Counted from the first letter of the stretch, positions 52,460-64,000 are shown. The stretch: 64,000 nt of DNA from Perkinsela sp. CCAP 1560/9 (GCA_965644495.1 CBFFSA010000003.1:744001-808000); one strand, 5' to 3'. The notes: generated by a model not told the origin, from the letters alone. Program-made: numbers and translations.

Positions 52460-54805
52460 ATGGCCGATCAAGAGGCGGCGGAGATTCAGAAACTGATGAC
52501 TGCGGAAAAGATTGATCCTGCAACACCTAATATCTCGGAACTTGCTGTTAAGCACTGGAATTCGGTACGATACGTTATTTCTGGTCTAAAGGCACAGAAC
52601 GAAGGATATTCGACACGAAATAAAGATATGGAAGAGACCATCACCACACTTCGAAACAGAATGGCTGAACAACAAACACAAATACAAGAAGCCAGCAATT
52701 GGATGAGCCAAGCGTCACGTTCATTGACCATGGTCAACCCTTACAACCCGTTTGCAATGCAAATGATGCAAATGCAAATGCCACAACTACAAATGCCACA
52801 TATGCAAATGCCCCAGATGCAAATACCACAGATGCAAATGCCGCAGATGCAAATGCCACAGACGGGTTACCCACCCATGTCGCACACCCTGTCGATGGGA
52901 TCTGTACCCAACATGTCGACACCTCAGGGACTCTCTACTCCAAACGCCCCTTCCGAAAGCACTGAACGGGGTGTCTCACAGCCCACTCTCGCCACTCCCC
53001 TCGGGTTTCCCTTTGGACTTACCTCCCCCTTCGCCCCTCCTCCCCCTATCTCCTTTCCACCGCCACCGGTCTTTTCGCTGCCCAACCTCGCTTCTGGAAT
53101 GGGAACAGCACCAGTCGACACGATACCTCTCCCCACGACGGCTACCGTAGCCACAACGACATGCACAGAGGCCACCATCACGTCGACCCACAACGAATCC
53201 GACCCCACACCCCCGATACCCCCAACGGTCGCCTCGGTTCCTTCCCCGAAGGTCAAAGCGAACCCTCGGCCTCCGATGCTCACGCTTGATCCCATCCAAC
53301 CCCTCCCACTGACGGAACCCCAACCCCAGAGTCCCGTCCCCGACCCTATCCCCTTTGAGGACGACAACACTGAGCCTTCCTTCATGGTGGACTCCCCACT
53401 TACGCAACAAATCCTACAAGAGGAGGAAACTGAAGATCGAGTACCGCAAAAAGGACAACCTACTCTACAGCAACAGCAACAAGAACAACAACAACAAACA
53501 CCCCAAAAAGAACCACACAACGAACTACCCCGTTCACTCTCCCTCAGCCCCCTCTCCCGTTCCCCCGCATCCTCCTCTACCAAGCCTCGTAACCCCCATC
53601 CCTCCTCCACAACCCATCATGAAAAACAACAACCTCAACCCACCCACCCCCCACGTAACAACCTCAACGTAACAAGCCCTACCCACCCTCACCCCCGATC
53701 CCGTTCCCCCCAACGTCGTCGCTCCTCCCCTCCTCGAGACCGCACAACCCCTCGAGACCGTAATCACCACCACCACCACTACCGTAGCCGTAGCCGTACC
53801 CGTAGTCCCTCCTCTGGGCTTCGTAAGCGTTACACGCGTACGCATCGCAGTACGCATCCCAACCCCAAGTACCGTCGACGGGACCCCAGCCCTCACCCCC
53901 ACAGCCCGCACCACCAACGAACCCGACACCGCTCCCCCTCGCGTAGCCCCTCCCCCTCCCACCTACGCTACCGTTACCGCAGTAGCGATGGCCCGCGTAG
54001 AGCGGTCCACGACTCCGGAACGGAGCGACGGTCGTTCCAGGAGAGAGGGGAGCGACGGGACAGAGGGGAGGGGAGAACCCGACACCGGGGGGGAGGGGCA
54101 GAGGGGGAGGGGCGGTCGCGTGACCGGGGCAGGGGGACGCGTGATCGGGGGAGGGGGTGTGACGACGAGGAGCCCCGTCGTCGAGGGGAGGGGTCGCGTC
54201 AGGGTGACTCCCCCCGGCGGGGACGTCCGGGGGGGCATAGGAGGGGAAGGCAGGGGGAGGGGAGGGAGGAACGGGAGGGGAGGGAACGGGAAAGGGGGGA
54301 CCTGTCCGGGCAGGGAGGACGGGGGTCGATGACGAGGGGGGAGGAGGGAAAGGGGCCGGCGGGGTTCTTTGAAAAGGTGGAGGCGAACCGATGTGCAAAG
54401 GAACAGGAGAAGAGGCGAGGGACGGCGGAGGAAGAGGCGGTGTTGCGCTCGGGGAGAGAGGAAAGGGGGAAGGAGCGGGAGGGAGAGAAGGAGCGCCACG
54501 TTGTGGGGGATGGGAAAAAGGAGAAGGGGGAGGAAGTGGCGAACAAGAAGACAGAAGGTGGGAAGGAAGAAGAGCAAGAGATGAAATCGGGAACTGTGGG
54601 TGAGACGCAGCGAACGGAACCGCCGTCTAATTCGAAGGGAAAATCGGAAACCATACAGACGGTTGTCCCTAAGAAAGGTGAACCCACTCCGTGGACATGC
54701 TACTGTGGTAGGCGGAATGAAGGTCGTCGCGAAACATGTCGACATTGCTGTTGCATCCGCCCTGCCACGGGAAAGTTTGTTCCTCACGCCGTTGCTTCAC
54801 GATAG
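52460..54805 (+). CDS. Low-complexity RS-rich protein with C-terminal RanBP2-type Zn finger
   Basis: Coiled coil, MPQMQ repeats, RSRS tract, WTCYCGRRNEGRRETCRHC. Confidence 0.65.
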   Translation: MADQEAAEIQKLMTAEKIDPATPNISELAVKHWNSVRYVISGLKAQNEGYSTRNKDMEETITTLRNRMAEQQTQIQEASNWMSQASRSLTMVNPYNPFAMQMMQMQMPQLQMPHMQMPQMQIPQMQMPQMQMPQTGYPPMSHTLSMGSVPNMSTPQGLSTPNAPSESTERGVSQPTLATPLGFPFGLTSPFAPPPPISFPPPPVFSLPNLASGMGTAPVDTIPLPTTATVATTTCTEATITSTHNESDPTPPIPPTVASVPSPKVKANPRPPMLTLDPIQPLPLTEPQPQSPVPDPIPFEDDNTEPSFMVDSPLTQQILQEEETEDRVPQKGQPTLQQQQQEQQQQTPQKEPHNELPRSLSLSPLSRSPASSSTKPRNPHPSSTTHHEKQQPQPTHPPRNNLNVTSPTHPHPRSRSPQRRRSSPPRDRTTPRDRNHHHHHYRSRSRTRSPSSGLRKRYTRTHRSTHPNPKYRRRDPSPHPHSPHHQRTRHRSPSRSPSPSHLRYRYRSSDGPRRAVHDSGTERRSFQERGERRDRGEGRTRHRGGGAEGEGRSRDRGRGTRDRGRGCDDEEPRRRGEGSRQGDSPRRGRPGGHRRGRQGEGREEREGRERERGDLSGQGGRGSMTRGEEGKGPAGFFEKVEANRCAKEQEKRRGTAEEEAVLRSGREERGKEREGEKERHVVGDGKKEKGEEVANKKTEGGKEEEQEMKSGTVGETQRTEPPSNSKGKSETIQTVVPKKGEPTPWTCYCGRRNEGRRETCRHCCCIRPATGKFVPHAVASR

Positions 54806-55601
54806 ACGATGCGGATGATTTCTTTAAAAATCGGTTTCGTGATGAGACCATTTTATTTTGCACGATCAAAACTGAAATTGTGGTAAATAAAAAGTGAATT
54901 TTTATATTTAATGAATAACAAACCTTGCTAGTGCGCAATAGACTTTGGACGTCACGAGTAAAACTGTCTCACCTACATGTATACATACGTGTATGTTGGT
55001 ACGTAACTACGATGTTTTGGTGTTAGTGACCAGAAGGATCATGATACGGCACATCGTTCCAAGAATTTTTGTTAGAAAGCTAATAATTTGTAGAAGATAA
55101 TCACATGGGTACGGCTTGGCATGGTCTTCCTTCGTGCGTATAATATTATTCATGAATAATGTCGAATTACCCCATGGGACAAATAGCTAAAAAACGTTTG
55201 TCCTCACACTTAGTGCGTCAGAATAGACCTCATTTCTTTTCATAAAAAGATCCTAATTTCGTAGATCTTCTACATTTCATGGATTGCCGTCGGGTTTGGA
55301 GGTATTGACTAGACACCTCTGATTTGTCGTCTCGGCCAGGAAAAATAAATACGTCATTTCGAGTCAGAGTTTGAGTCCCCATTTCGGAATACACAATTAT
55401 CCAGTGTATGTTCTGGAGCAGATTTATTGGGTTGGGACAACGAATTTGTTGCAACTTACAAGTCGTTTCTCTTCTTCCTCGCTCAGAAGAAGTTTGTGAT
55501 TGCACGGGTAACTTTTTTGGCCCGATCGAAGATCAACAATAAGGAACAACGAGATCTTCATATCGCTGAACAATCTCATGTGCAAGACCACTTGCATAAC
55601 T

Positions 55602-55690
55602 TGGTGGTTGCTTCCAACGTATTAGTCATCACTGCTGCGCGCTTCGCGTTGAAAACTACAGTCACGTTTACCGCCGAAGAAATGTGGCTG
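55602..55690 (-). repeat. Diverged inverted 3' end of repeat family A
   Basis: Reverse complement reads GTAGTTTTCAACGCGAAGCGCGCAGCAGTGATGACT...GGAAGCAACCACC. Confidence 0.75.
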
Positions 55691-55905
55691 TTTTTGAGTA
55701 TTCTTGCTCTCTGAGTACTAAATTTAGTTATGATGACGAGATTATTACCCCCCCCCCTTTTCTTAGCGTGCTTTTTTCTACAACCGGACAACGCTAGGAT
55801 AGGGGGTAGAGTACCGTTACTCTCAAAAGACCTTTATTTTACTTCATTAAAATTTCCGCAACTCTACTTGTTTTCATTTTTTAAGAGGGTCAGTTTTAAG
55901 GGGTG

Positions 55906-56517
55906 ATGCCTACATGTATACCCCGTACACGAACCGCCGATGATGCGCCATCCATTCGACTCGGGAGAATACGTGGTGTTCATTTGCGGATAGAGTACCA
56001 GCTGGAAAAGCTCACACGAGGTATACAGAACCAGCATTCCTCGTGGAGTACGAATACGCCTGCATGCGAATGGAATGGGGTTAAATGCGATGATGGTGAG
56101 GTTGTGCACATAGATTGGTCAAATCGCAAACTGCGGGGTACGCTGGATTGGAAATGGATACCAAAAACAGTAAAAGGCTTTAATGTTTTAGTTAATGAAA
56201 TTGAGGGAACGCTTGAACTATCATCGCTTCCACGTGCATTAGAAAAGTTTTTCGTGGGAAGCAACAAACTTTCGGGATCACTACACTTTAGTGACCTTCC
56301 ACCCAAACTATTGATACTTAATTTGAGCGACAACGACTTTACTGGGCATGCGGATTTGCTTTGTCTCCCATCCGAGCTTAAATGTATGAAAATTTCGGAC
56401 AACAAAGAATTAAGTGGTACTTTGTGCATGGAAAATATACCTCAAACATTAACGTACCGAAACGTTGACAATACGAATATTAATGTTCTTCAGAACCAAT
56501 CGAAGAAAGGAGATTAG
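55906..56517 (+). CDS. Leucine-rich repeat protein (LRRNT_2-like cap)
   Basis: WSTNTPACEWNGVKC cap, then N.L.GTL....LP..L repeats. Confidence 0.85.
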   Translation: MPTCIPRTRTADDAPSIRLGRIRGVHLRIEYQLEKLTRGIQNQHSSWSTNTPACEWNGVKCDDGEVVHIDWSNRKLRGTLDWKWIPKTVKGFNVLVNEIEGTLELSSLPRALEKFFVGSNKLSGSLHFSDLPPKLLILNLSDNDFTGHADLLCLPSELKCMKISDNKELSGTLCMENIPQTLTYRNVDNTNINVLQNQSKKGD

Positions 56518-56685
56518 TCGCTTCCGCGAGGACGAATCCTGTCGTGACATGTTGTACCCTTTCTTTTTTGTCAAGCCCATGTAGCAATTTTTTACTCACC
56601 AGTACAATACACTTAAGGAAGTACCACTGCAGTATACAACATGGACTGTACCCTCCCCTCACTTAAAACACGACGGAGAGTTATT

Positions 56686-57320
56686 GTGGTGGTTGTATAA
56701 CTACCGCTCTAATACTACTACCGCTCGATTATTGAAAAAAAGGTGAAAAAAAAGAGCGAAAATATAAAGAGCAACACAGTAATATAATAAACTAAAAAAT
56801 ATTAAAGGGGGCTCCGGTGGTCCGAAATCGAAAAAATCGGGGGGGCCCATGGTGGTGGGCACGAGCGTTTATTTCGATTTTTGCTTTTCAAAATCGAGCG
56901 CAAGGAGTTGTAGAATATGCCACAGCAATGATTTTCCACCCTCACACCTTGGATCCGAGTTCGAAACTTTGGGGGTGGTCTAAAAAAAAAATTGACCAAA
57001 AAAGCTAAAAACGATATATTTCCAAAATCGACTACAAAAACGTATTTTGAGAGTTTGCGACCTCAGCTACCATTCTACGACATTTGTTTCCCGAGACGTT
57101 TCCTGCCCCTACTGGTAATGCATCAAATACGGCCCCAAATTGGGTTAACGTTGGCAAAGGCCCAAAAATCGGACGTTTTCACCTAAAAGAAATAGATCAT
57201 TCATGTTCTTTTGGTAATTTTTCTTTTTTAGCCACTTCGTTAAACGGGGAGGTAGTTTTCAACGCGAAGCGCGCAGTAGTGGTACCTTCTAGGTGGAAAA
57301 CAACCACCGCGTTTAGCGAA
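56686..57320 (+). mobile_element. Repeat family A, full-length dispersed copy
   Basis: Colinear with 8161-8852, including both terminal hairpins. Confidence 0.85.
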
Positions 57321-57461
57321 ACGACGGAAAAATATTTAATATTTTTTTAGTAATTCAGCCCCCCCATTTAAGCGCACTTCTGGGCGAACTCTGGTTCTCG
57401 GACTCATTCAGATAATTACACAGACAGAAACATTCCGTTTTAGTTACCACATATTTTTTCA

Positions 57462-58151
57462 ATGAAGCATACTTCACTCTTGTGCCTTACTACTCCGTAC
57501 GTCTGTCTTCCAGCTCTGGTAAAACCGTCAGGGGCTCCTTTCACGCTCCCTACTCTTCGTTTCGATATCGCGGAGGGACTATCTCCTGTACTTTCTCAGA
57601 AGCAGCTTGATTTACACTACAATAAACATCACCGAGCTTATGTAGACAAGCTAAATTCTCTTCTTCCTGCATCAGGAAACAGTAAGTACGATGACCAACC
57701 AATTGAGAAAATCATTCGCGACGTCTCTCCTGGTGTTCTTTACAACCAAGCAGCGCAGCATTTTAACCATAGTTTCTATTGGCAGTGTCTCACTCCTGCA
57801 GGTAGGTCCTTGCCGAATGGTTCCCTAAAAGCGGCCATCGAACGATCCTTCCCTACCTTAGATCAATTTCAATCTACTTTTAATGACATGGGTATGGCCA
57901 ACTTTGGTAGCGGGTGGACCTGGCTCGTTGTGAATCCGGAGTCAAAAGTGCTCTCCGTTGTGAACACTTCAAATGCGCAAATTACTGAAACTAACGTTAG
58001 GCCGATACTTACTGTTGACGTATGGGAGCACGCGTATTACAAAGATTTTGAAAATCGTCGAGCTGAATACTTGAAAGAGATTTGGAAAATTATTGACTGG
58101 GTGCAAATATCGGAAAATTATGAGCGTGCCATGTCCGAGAGCTCCATTTAG
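57462..58151 (+). CDS. Iron superoxide dismutase
   Basis: LHYNKHHRAYVDKLN, NQAAQHFNHSFYW, NFGSGWTWL, DVWEHAYYKDFENRR (kinetoplastid SODA-like). Confidence 0.95.
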   Translation: MKHTSLLCLTTPYVCLPALVKPSGAPFTLPTLRFDIAEGLSPVLSQKQLDLHYNKHHRAYVDKLNSLLPASGNSKYDDQPIEKIIRDVSPGVLYNQAAQHFNHSFYWQCLTPAGRSLPNGSLKAAIERSFPTLDQFQSTFNDMGMANFGSGWTWLVVNPESKVLSVVNTSNAQITETNVRPILTVDVWEHAYYKDFENRRAEYLKEIWKIIDWVQISENYERAMSESSI

Positions 58152-58669
58152 TCTACTGGAACTGAAAGCCATACAACAATATATTTAGAGGACAAGCCGA
58201 AGACATAAGGTTTTAGAAACTTCATGCAAAAAAAATTCTTTTCGCAACATGAATATGAAAAGCGAAATCTTCATTAGTATTCGTCGTGAGACGTGATAAT
58301 TTCTACGGTATGTACATATCGGTGTTACACGAAATTTCATTTAGTTTTTTCAACTGCTTTATTGATCTCAATAGAATTTCCTTCATTCCAAGTACTAGTA
58401 TCTTACTATGAAGTTCCAAGTATCTTACTACTATTCTTATGATGTTAAGATAATATTTCTAATTATCATGGACTTTTACTCACAAGATTATTTTTCCCTT
58501 AGAATTAATTTCTGTTACGAAAATCATGCATGTGTAGTACCTTTGAAGCAGTTGAACGTCTATGATCTTATTATTGAGTAATTATCTACATGTGAATCAA
58601 GTTTGAGCACTAGGAGGACAGTATCATCGATTTCCTATATTGATAGTTTTTTTATTTACGGGCAAAACA

Positions 58670-59368
58670 ATGGCTTCGGGTGGTAGTGTTATTGCTGTCA
58701 AGTATAATGGGGGTGTACTTATGGCCTCCGATACTCTTCTTTCATACGGTTCCCTTGCGAAGATTCCCAATGCTCCTCGTAGTGTTCTTCTGGGTAAGAA
58801 CACCGCGATGTGTGCTAGTGGGGATTATGCCGACTTTCAGAGCGTAATTTCCGACGTCGAAGAGGTATATCGCGAGGCGGTGCTTGAAGGCAGGGGTGAT
58901 ACCATGGGTCCTGTACAGATTTACACTTATATGCAACGCCTTCTCTATGAGAAGCGTTCTCAATTTCAGCCGGCGCTCTGCACCTTTATAGTAATTGGTA
59001 CCCCTATTACTTCTCCCAGTACTGCCTGCAATGGTTTTCCAAAACAAGGCTTTCTAGGTGTGATAGATGACAAGGGTACGCATTGGAAGGCCGATTGTGC
59101 CGGGACAGTTTTTGGACAGCATATGGCGGTTCCGTTGCTGCGCACACAAATTGAGTCCAACGGGGTGCCGGAGACAAAAGAACAAGCGGTCAACTTGCTA
59201 GAGCGCTGTATGACAGTGCTATTTTATCGGGAATGCCGAACTTTGAATCGTATTCAAATGGTTGATGCCTCTTTCGAACATGGGATGCGCATTTCCGAAC
59301 CGTATTCTCTGAGTACGAACTTTGAGCTCTCTGGGTTTCATTTTGAGAAAACAGCTCTTCTCGCTTAA
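58670..59368 (+). CDS. 20S proteasome subunit beta 7
   Basis: MASGGSVIAVKYNGGVLMASDTLLSYGSLAK, SGDYADFQ, LYEKRS, VLFYRECR. Confidence 0.92.
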   Translation: MASGGSVIAVKYNGGVLMASDTLLSYGSLAKIPNAPRSVLLGKNTAMCASGDYADFQSVISDVEEVYREAVLEGRGDTMGPVQIYTYMQRLLYEKRSQFQPALCTFIVIGTPITSPSTACNGFPKQGFLGVIDDKGTHWKADCAGTVFGQHMAVPLLRTQIESNGVPETKEQAVNLLERCMTVLFYRECRTLNRIQMVDASFEHGMRISEPYSLSTNFELSGFHFEKTALLA

Positions 59369-59842
59369 GCTCTTTATTATGTCTCTATAACGAATCTTCA
59401 ATTTGGCAAGCGCAATGTAGCCGCAATACATTTTTTTTCAATTTTACAGTGCCATGAATATTGTAAAAGGATACGCTTCACATCATATAGTACACTTCAC
59501 ATCATACATGCATGTTTTAGAGTCCATCGTAAATAATTTACGATTACTTACAGTATGTCCACGTGTTGTATGCCCAATAATACATGTATACATGTATGTA
59601 CAATAATACATGTACAATTTGTTTATGTACATGTACAATTGGTAGTGGTATCTTACGTTGGTACTATATTTTCGCATGGACATTTGCGAGGCAGAAATTA
59701 TTGGACTACAATGATAGCAAGCATATTCGTCTGCATTGATCCTTTTTTTCGATAATTTGAAGAATCAAGTAGTTCTTTACCGTATTCTCGAAATAAAATA
59801 TCTCGAAATATCTTTTGTTGCACATAATTTTATAAAAAACTT

Positions 59843-60502
59843 ATGACTATCACTCGCAGCACTCCAATACTGCAGTACATGACAGGACGAATCATCTACA
59901 GAAGAAAGGGATATGGGAAAATTCGTTGCGACGGACCCGCCTCTGAAATATTAAGTTTTGAAGACACACAAGTTGCGTCGCATCAAAAAGTTTCATCTTT
60001 ACAACTCAATACCCTAGTCAGATTTGATCGCATTTCCATCCGACGGAAGCTACCGGCTGAAATGGTACACGTTAACAATAATAACTTTCCTTCTGAGTCG
60101 AAGCCCTCTGAAGCGGAAAGCAAACAGAAAGAAGAAACGTACGACACTGTCAAAGAAGCAACGCCACAAGAGAAACCCCAACCTCACGCCGGTGTAGAAA
60201 AACCATTTGCCAATGAGAATACCGCAGTAGTGAGCAAGCCTGATGCAGACCCCATCAAAGAAGTAACGCTGCAGAACGAAGTCGAATCTAGAATTAGTGT
60301 CACAAAATTGCCTAACGGTGGCAATGATGTACAAATGGCATCACATGCTAAGAATACAGACATGCACACAAGCTCGAACTCACACCAAATACGAACGTAC
60401 TTCCGTGCCACAAACATCATGTCTATACTAGGACCCGATGACTACATCACAGGAAAAAATGGCCAGTGTAAGGCCAGAAGTGAGTTCGTCCATTTTGATT
60501 AA
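59843..60502 (+). CDS. Hypothetical protein with cold-shock/OB-like N-terminus
   Basis: TGRII..RKGYGKI....ILSF..TQV...LQLNTLVRF, an acidic insert, then RATNI. Confidence 0.45.
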   Translation: MTITRSTPILQYMTGRIIYRRKGYGKIRCDGPASEILSFEDTQVASHQKVSSLQLNTLVRFDRISIRRKLPAEMVHVNNNNFPSESKPSEAESKQKEETYDTVKEATPQEKPQPHAGVEKPFANENTAVVSKPDADPIKEVTLQNEVESRISVTKLPNGGNDVQMASHAKNTDMHTSSNSHQIRTYFRATNIMSILGPDDYITGKNGQCKARSEFVHFD

Positions 60503-60635
60503 AGACGCGCAAAAATATCATGATTTATTTTGTATTTTTTACCACTTCACCAAATTCAATCGTTTCGAACATCCACCACCTTTTTTCCCTCCTGCCAAGC
60601 TCCCCGATTTTTCCTACACTTTTACTCCCTCCTCC

Positions 60636-61082
60636 ATGTCCAGCGGTAACTGTTACAACTGCGGAGAGTCCGGCCACTTAGCGCGTGAGTGCCCCACCAA
60701 TAGCGGCAACTCTGGCTCCTCTGGCGGTGCCTGCTACAACTGCGGGAAGACGGGACACCTGGCGCGTAACTGCCCCGAGGGTGGAAACAACAGCTCCAGC
60801 CGAGGGGGCGGTAACCTCCGCTGCTACAACTGTGGCGAGTACGGACACATTAGCCGCGAGTGTCCCCAGGCCCAGCAGGGCGACGGCCAGCGCGGTGGGG
60901 GCTACGGAAACCGCTCCTGCTACAACTGTGGCCAGCAGGGACACATCAGCCGCGAGTGTCCCCAGGGCGGCGGCGGGTCCCGCGGGGGATACGGAGGAGG
61001 CCGCGGCCGTGGCGGTGGCGGTGGCAACTGCTTCAAGTGTGGCGAGTCGGGTCACTTCGCTCGGGAGTGCCCCCAGGCGTAA
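60636..61082 (+). CDS. UMSBP/CNBP-like protein, five CCHC zinc knuckles
   Basis: Five CxxCGxxGHxxRxC motifs with Gly-rich linkers. Confidence 0.9.
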   Translation: MSSGNCYNCGESGHLARECPTNSGNSGSSGGACYNCGKTGHLARNCPEGGNNSSSRGGGNLRCYNCGEYGHISRECPQAQQGDGQRGGGYGNRSCYNCGQQGHISRECPQGGGGSRGGYGGGRGRGGGGGNCFKCGESGHFARECPQA

Positions 61083-62717
61083 GAAGAAAGAAAAGGGGGT
61101 GTCTCGTGAGACGTGTGAAAGAATTGAAAGAATGGTTGTCAATGAACAATTTTAAGTTTTAGCGTGTTTAAATAGCTTTTTTTTTTGAACTATAGACGTT
61201 TCATATGACCTACTGACCTACATGATTTTGTATTTCTTTTACCTAAGATAAGAGGGTAAGTATCATATTGTTCATCTTTTTTTCTAAGTTAGCAATTTTT
61301 GGGGACTCAATTTTTATGGTGAATTTATATGGACTTTAGATGGATGCGACAAGTGTTTGTAACTTGAGTCAAGTGTCATTGCTTTCCAGTTATGACACCC
61401 TAATCTCTCTTATATTTATTTCTTGTTTTTAGTCCATTAAAGGGTCATAAAAATGAACTGCGGCCATTGTTTTCTAGATGCTTCGTTAAGCTTCATGGTT
61501 CTTTCGTCTGATGTATTGCTTTCATTTGATAGAACTGATCTGTACTATTTCGGAAACAGCGTTTGGATTAACCTTTCGCGACTAGGGGCATTCGGGGGAA
61601 GCCACTCTTAACGCAGCATTTGACACCACACTCCTCTTTAGCGCGGTGCAGATACTGCGAAGCAAAATTGCGATTTCAATCGCTCTCTGTCCTCTCTCGC
61701 CTTAACAGAACGTTGACGTTGATTGTCTTTTTCGTCCGATTCAAAAGGAACGATAAATCTACATATTCTGATTTACTGTTGCCCCCCTACGCCGCTGCGT
61801 GATTCGTCTCCATTCCTTGGAATTTCACGAACTTCGCCCCATTTCGTCTCCAAAAGTATAAGGATAAAAACAGGCAGTATAAGGATAAAAAATGGCGCAA
61901 GAAAGAAATAATCAAATCATTATGCCGTAAATATAGTTCTGGACCGTCTCGGGTTCCTTCAACTTTCGACGACGTATGATTTCCAAGACAATTGACTATC
62001 AAAGTTTCTTGGTAGCAATCGGAATACCACTTTCCGGATTCAATTATAATCTACGATATCTATTACTTTCTACTTTCTGGTTCTCCTCCTTCTACTTCTA
62101 CTTCGTCCGTGCATGGTACATCCCGATCATGCAAGGAGTAATTACAATGAATGTAGCTCACATGGGAATTCGTCGATTGCCGTAGTGGCCGATGCACTTC
62201 AAGAGGTTTATGAAATGCTCTTGCTTCTTTACGTTTCGCATTATTGTACCCATATTTCACGCATTGTAGCGCAACAGTCCATTGAGCACTTTCCATAATT
62301 ATAGCGCCACTGTCTAGTCCGGTACTTTATGCGTTACTTGTATGGTGGGCAGCATCGGGCGTGGTTGCTATGAACTCCCCTTAGCGTACTTTTTACCATA
62401 AAGATTTAGTTCCCGTTACCCCCCTCACTTTTCCGGAAGGGCATCTGCTTGACCGAGACTTCTTCGACTCGAGCATGAAGGCAATTAATTTGGGTCAAGG
62501 CACGACTGTGTCGAGCTAGACAAGTCACAATCATTTTGTTGAGCTTGTCGGTTTCCTGATCGAGCATGAGAAGCTCGTGCTCCTCCACAGCAACAGAGGC
62601 ACCCTCGTGGCGGAGTCGCTCAGCAAGGAAGACGGCTCCCATTTTGCAAAGTAAGGTCCATAACCACCTAGCCTTACCCCTTCAGACTCGATGCCCGGAA
62701 GCGTAAACGGGGGTGCG

Positions 62718-62845
62718 GATTATTATTGCATTTTGGATTATTATTTCATTTCGGTATATTATTGCACTTTCGGATTATTATTGCATTTTACACATTATTA
62801 TTGCACTTTCGGATTATTATAGTATTTTGGATTATTATTGCACTT
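62718..62845 (+). repeat. 18-19 bp tandem repeat GGATTATTATTGCA(C/T)TTT
   Basis: About 7 degenerate copies seen directly. Confidence 0.9.
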
Positions 62846-64000
62846 CACCACGAACGAGACGTCGCGACAATTAAATTCACCCCTCTGGATGGCTGCAAGA
62901 GCGCTTCTGGTGGTCTGCGTGCCACGCGCAGTATCCCCTTTTCCAGCGCAGGCTGCGGCGCGCTCCAGGATTGTATTCATGTCAGTCTGTTCCTTTACAA
63001 ACAAGACAGCGCTGGGTCAGACATGGAGAAGTCCTTCCCGGATGATAATTCTGGGTCTCTACATGGAGCACAGTTCCTTAAAAGCAATCGCAGGACTTAT
63101 TCGGACATTGTCAGTTGGGATCAATTGGGGGATCTCGTCTTGAGACATGTAGACAATACTAAACAAGTAATCTAACCAACCAACCAACCCAACCAACACT
63201 GAGAAAAATAGCTTAGCTGAGAATATCTCAGCTAAGGTGCTTACAACTCAACAAGTAATATAAACATGCAGTAAGAGTAGAACACTAATGAGCTGAAACC
63301 ACCTGAGTTTGCCTGGGTTTGCCTAGATTTGTCTGGGTTTGCGACAAGAAAACCCCCGAAACCCCTGGCATACCATGGAAAATAACGGATAAAGGGTGTA
63401 AAATGACCCCCTACGTAGATAATGTCTTTTTGTTGAAAAGAACAACATCAAGCTAAAAAGTCATAAAAAAGCGAATTTTCCTTTACTTTCACCCCAATTT
63501 TCTATGTTGTACAGTGGTTTCAAGATATCTTCCCCCTTGCGGAAATTTGATTTTTTTATCTGTTTTTTCTCATTTTTGCAGGATTGGATAGATCTCGTTC
63601 CTCTGGTCAAAAGTTTTGCCGCCTTGTTTATGTAGGGACCCCCTGGCTTCCCCTGGGTCCAAAATACTTGGTTTTTTGGGGGGTCATTTGTCTGAAACAC
63701 ATCATTTCTTCTCGCTTTTTTTGTCGTTTTATGCTTTGTCAAAATATTTTCTCTCGGACTTTAGCTTGTTTTTATTGTATTTGATAGATCTCGGTCCTAG
63801 CAAATACCTTTGTTCCTTTTTCTTATTTGATGGGGAAATCTTTGCCACAGCCGCCTCGACCACCACCCGGTTTTCAACCGGCAGGCTTTTCTTGATCGAG
63901 TGAGGTGGCCACCTTCCAGCGGCAAGATGAATGAGTGTTTCCACTCACGTACCTCAGGGGAGACACCCCATTACAGGGTACTCGCTCCCTACACACTCTC

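Larger units (their letters stand above)
11385..61082 (+). other. Kinetoplastid-type directional (polycistronic) gene cluster
   Basis: All ~26 credible cellular CDSs are on +, appear intronless, and many are preceded by pyrimidine tracts (e.g. 29440-29550, 34660-34729, 60575-60635). Confidence 0.85.

Noticed and set aside
15919-54787. Long antisense and alternate-frame ORFs over GC-rich islands (e.g. 15927-16832, 34688-36067, 53963-54787)
   Set aside because: Shadow ORFs caused by stop-poor skewed composition; the + strand frames carry the recognisable domains.
34574-60635. Phe/Leu/Ser-rich N-terminal extensions in the ORF track (REL, metaxin, prefoldin, SEC11, cytochrome c, CCHC protein)
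   Set aside because: They translate upstream pyrimidine tracts; downstream ATGs match the family starts.
1-64000. Prokaryotic origin of the window (IS30, co-oriented intronless genes)
   Set aside because: Proteasome, VAP, SEC11, ORC2-like, editosome and AAQCH cytochrome c genes show a kinetoplastid nucleus.

Overview
This is eukaryotic nuclear DNA from a kinetoplastid. The evidence is an RNA-editing ligase, KREPA-type editosome subunits, a single-cysteine AAQCH cytochrome c, a UMSBP-like CCHC protein, and about 26 intronless genes all on the + strand behind pyrimidine tracts. A Perkinsela-like prokinetoplastid is my best guess, but that is inference. The first ~11.3 kb is a nest of DNA transposons and repeats: a hAT-like ORF running off the left edge (missed by the ORF track), a pogo pseudogene, a hAT C-terminal fragment, a full-length decayed bacterial-type IS30 transposase, a hairpin-ended ~0.7 kb repeat family, and a 2.16 kb GG..CC TIR element. 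That TIR element carries a ~330-nt highly base-paired sequence that also occurs a second time. From 11.4 to 61.1 kb lies one directional gene cluster, containing a Tc1/DD35E insertion, a tandem trio of KREPA-like genes and a nearby REL2-like ligase. The most unusual signals are: (1) about ten GC-rich islands in which the + strand flips from C-rich to G-rich inside coding sequences, including at synonymous sites; (2) a resident IS30 in a eukaryote; (3) several unexplained large structured-RNA candidates; (4) the editosome gene cluster, including an OB-fold-less, NPF-repeat paralog. All family assignments come from motif recognition by eye; no searches were run.
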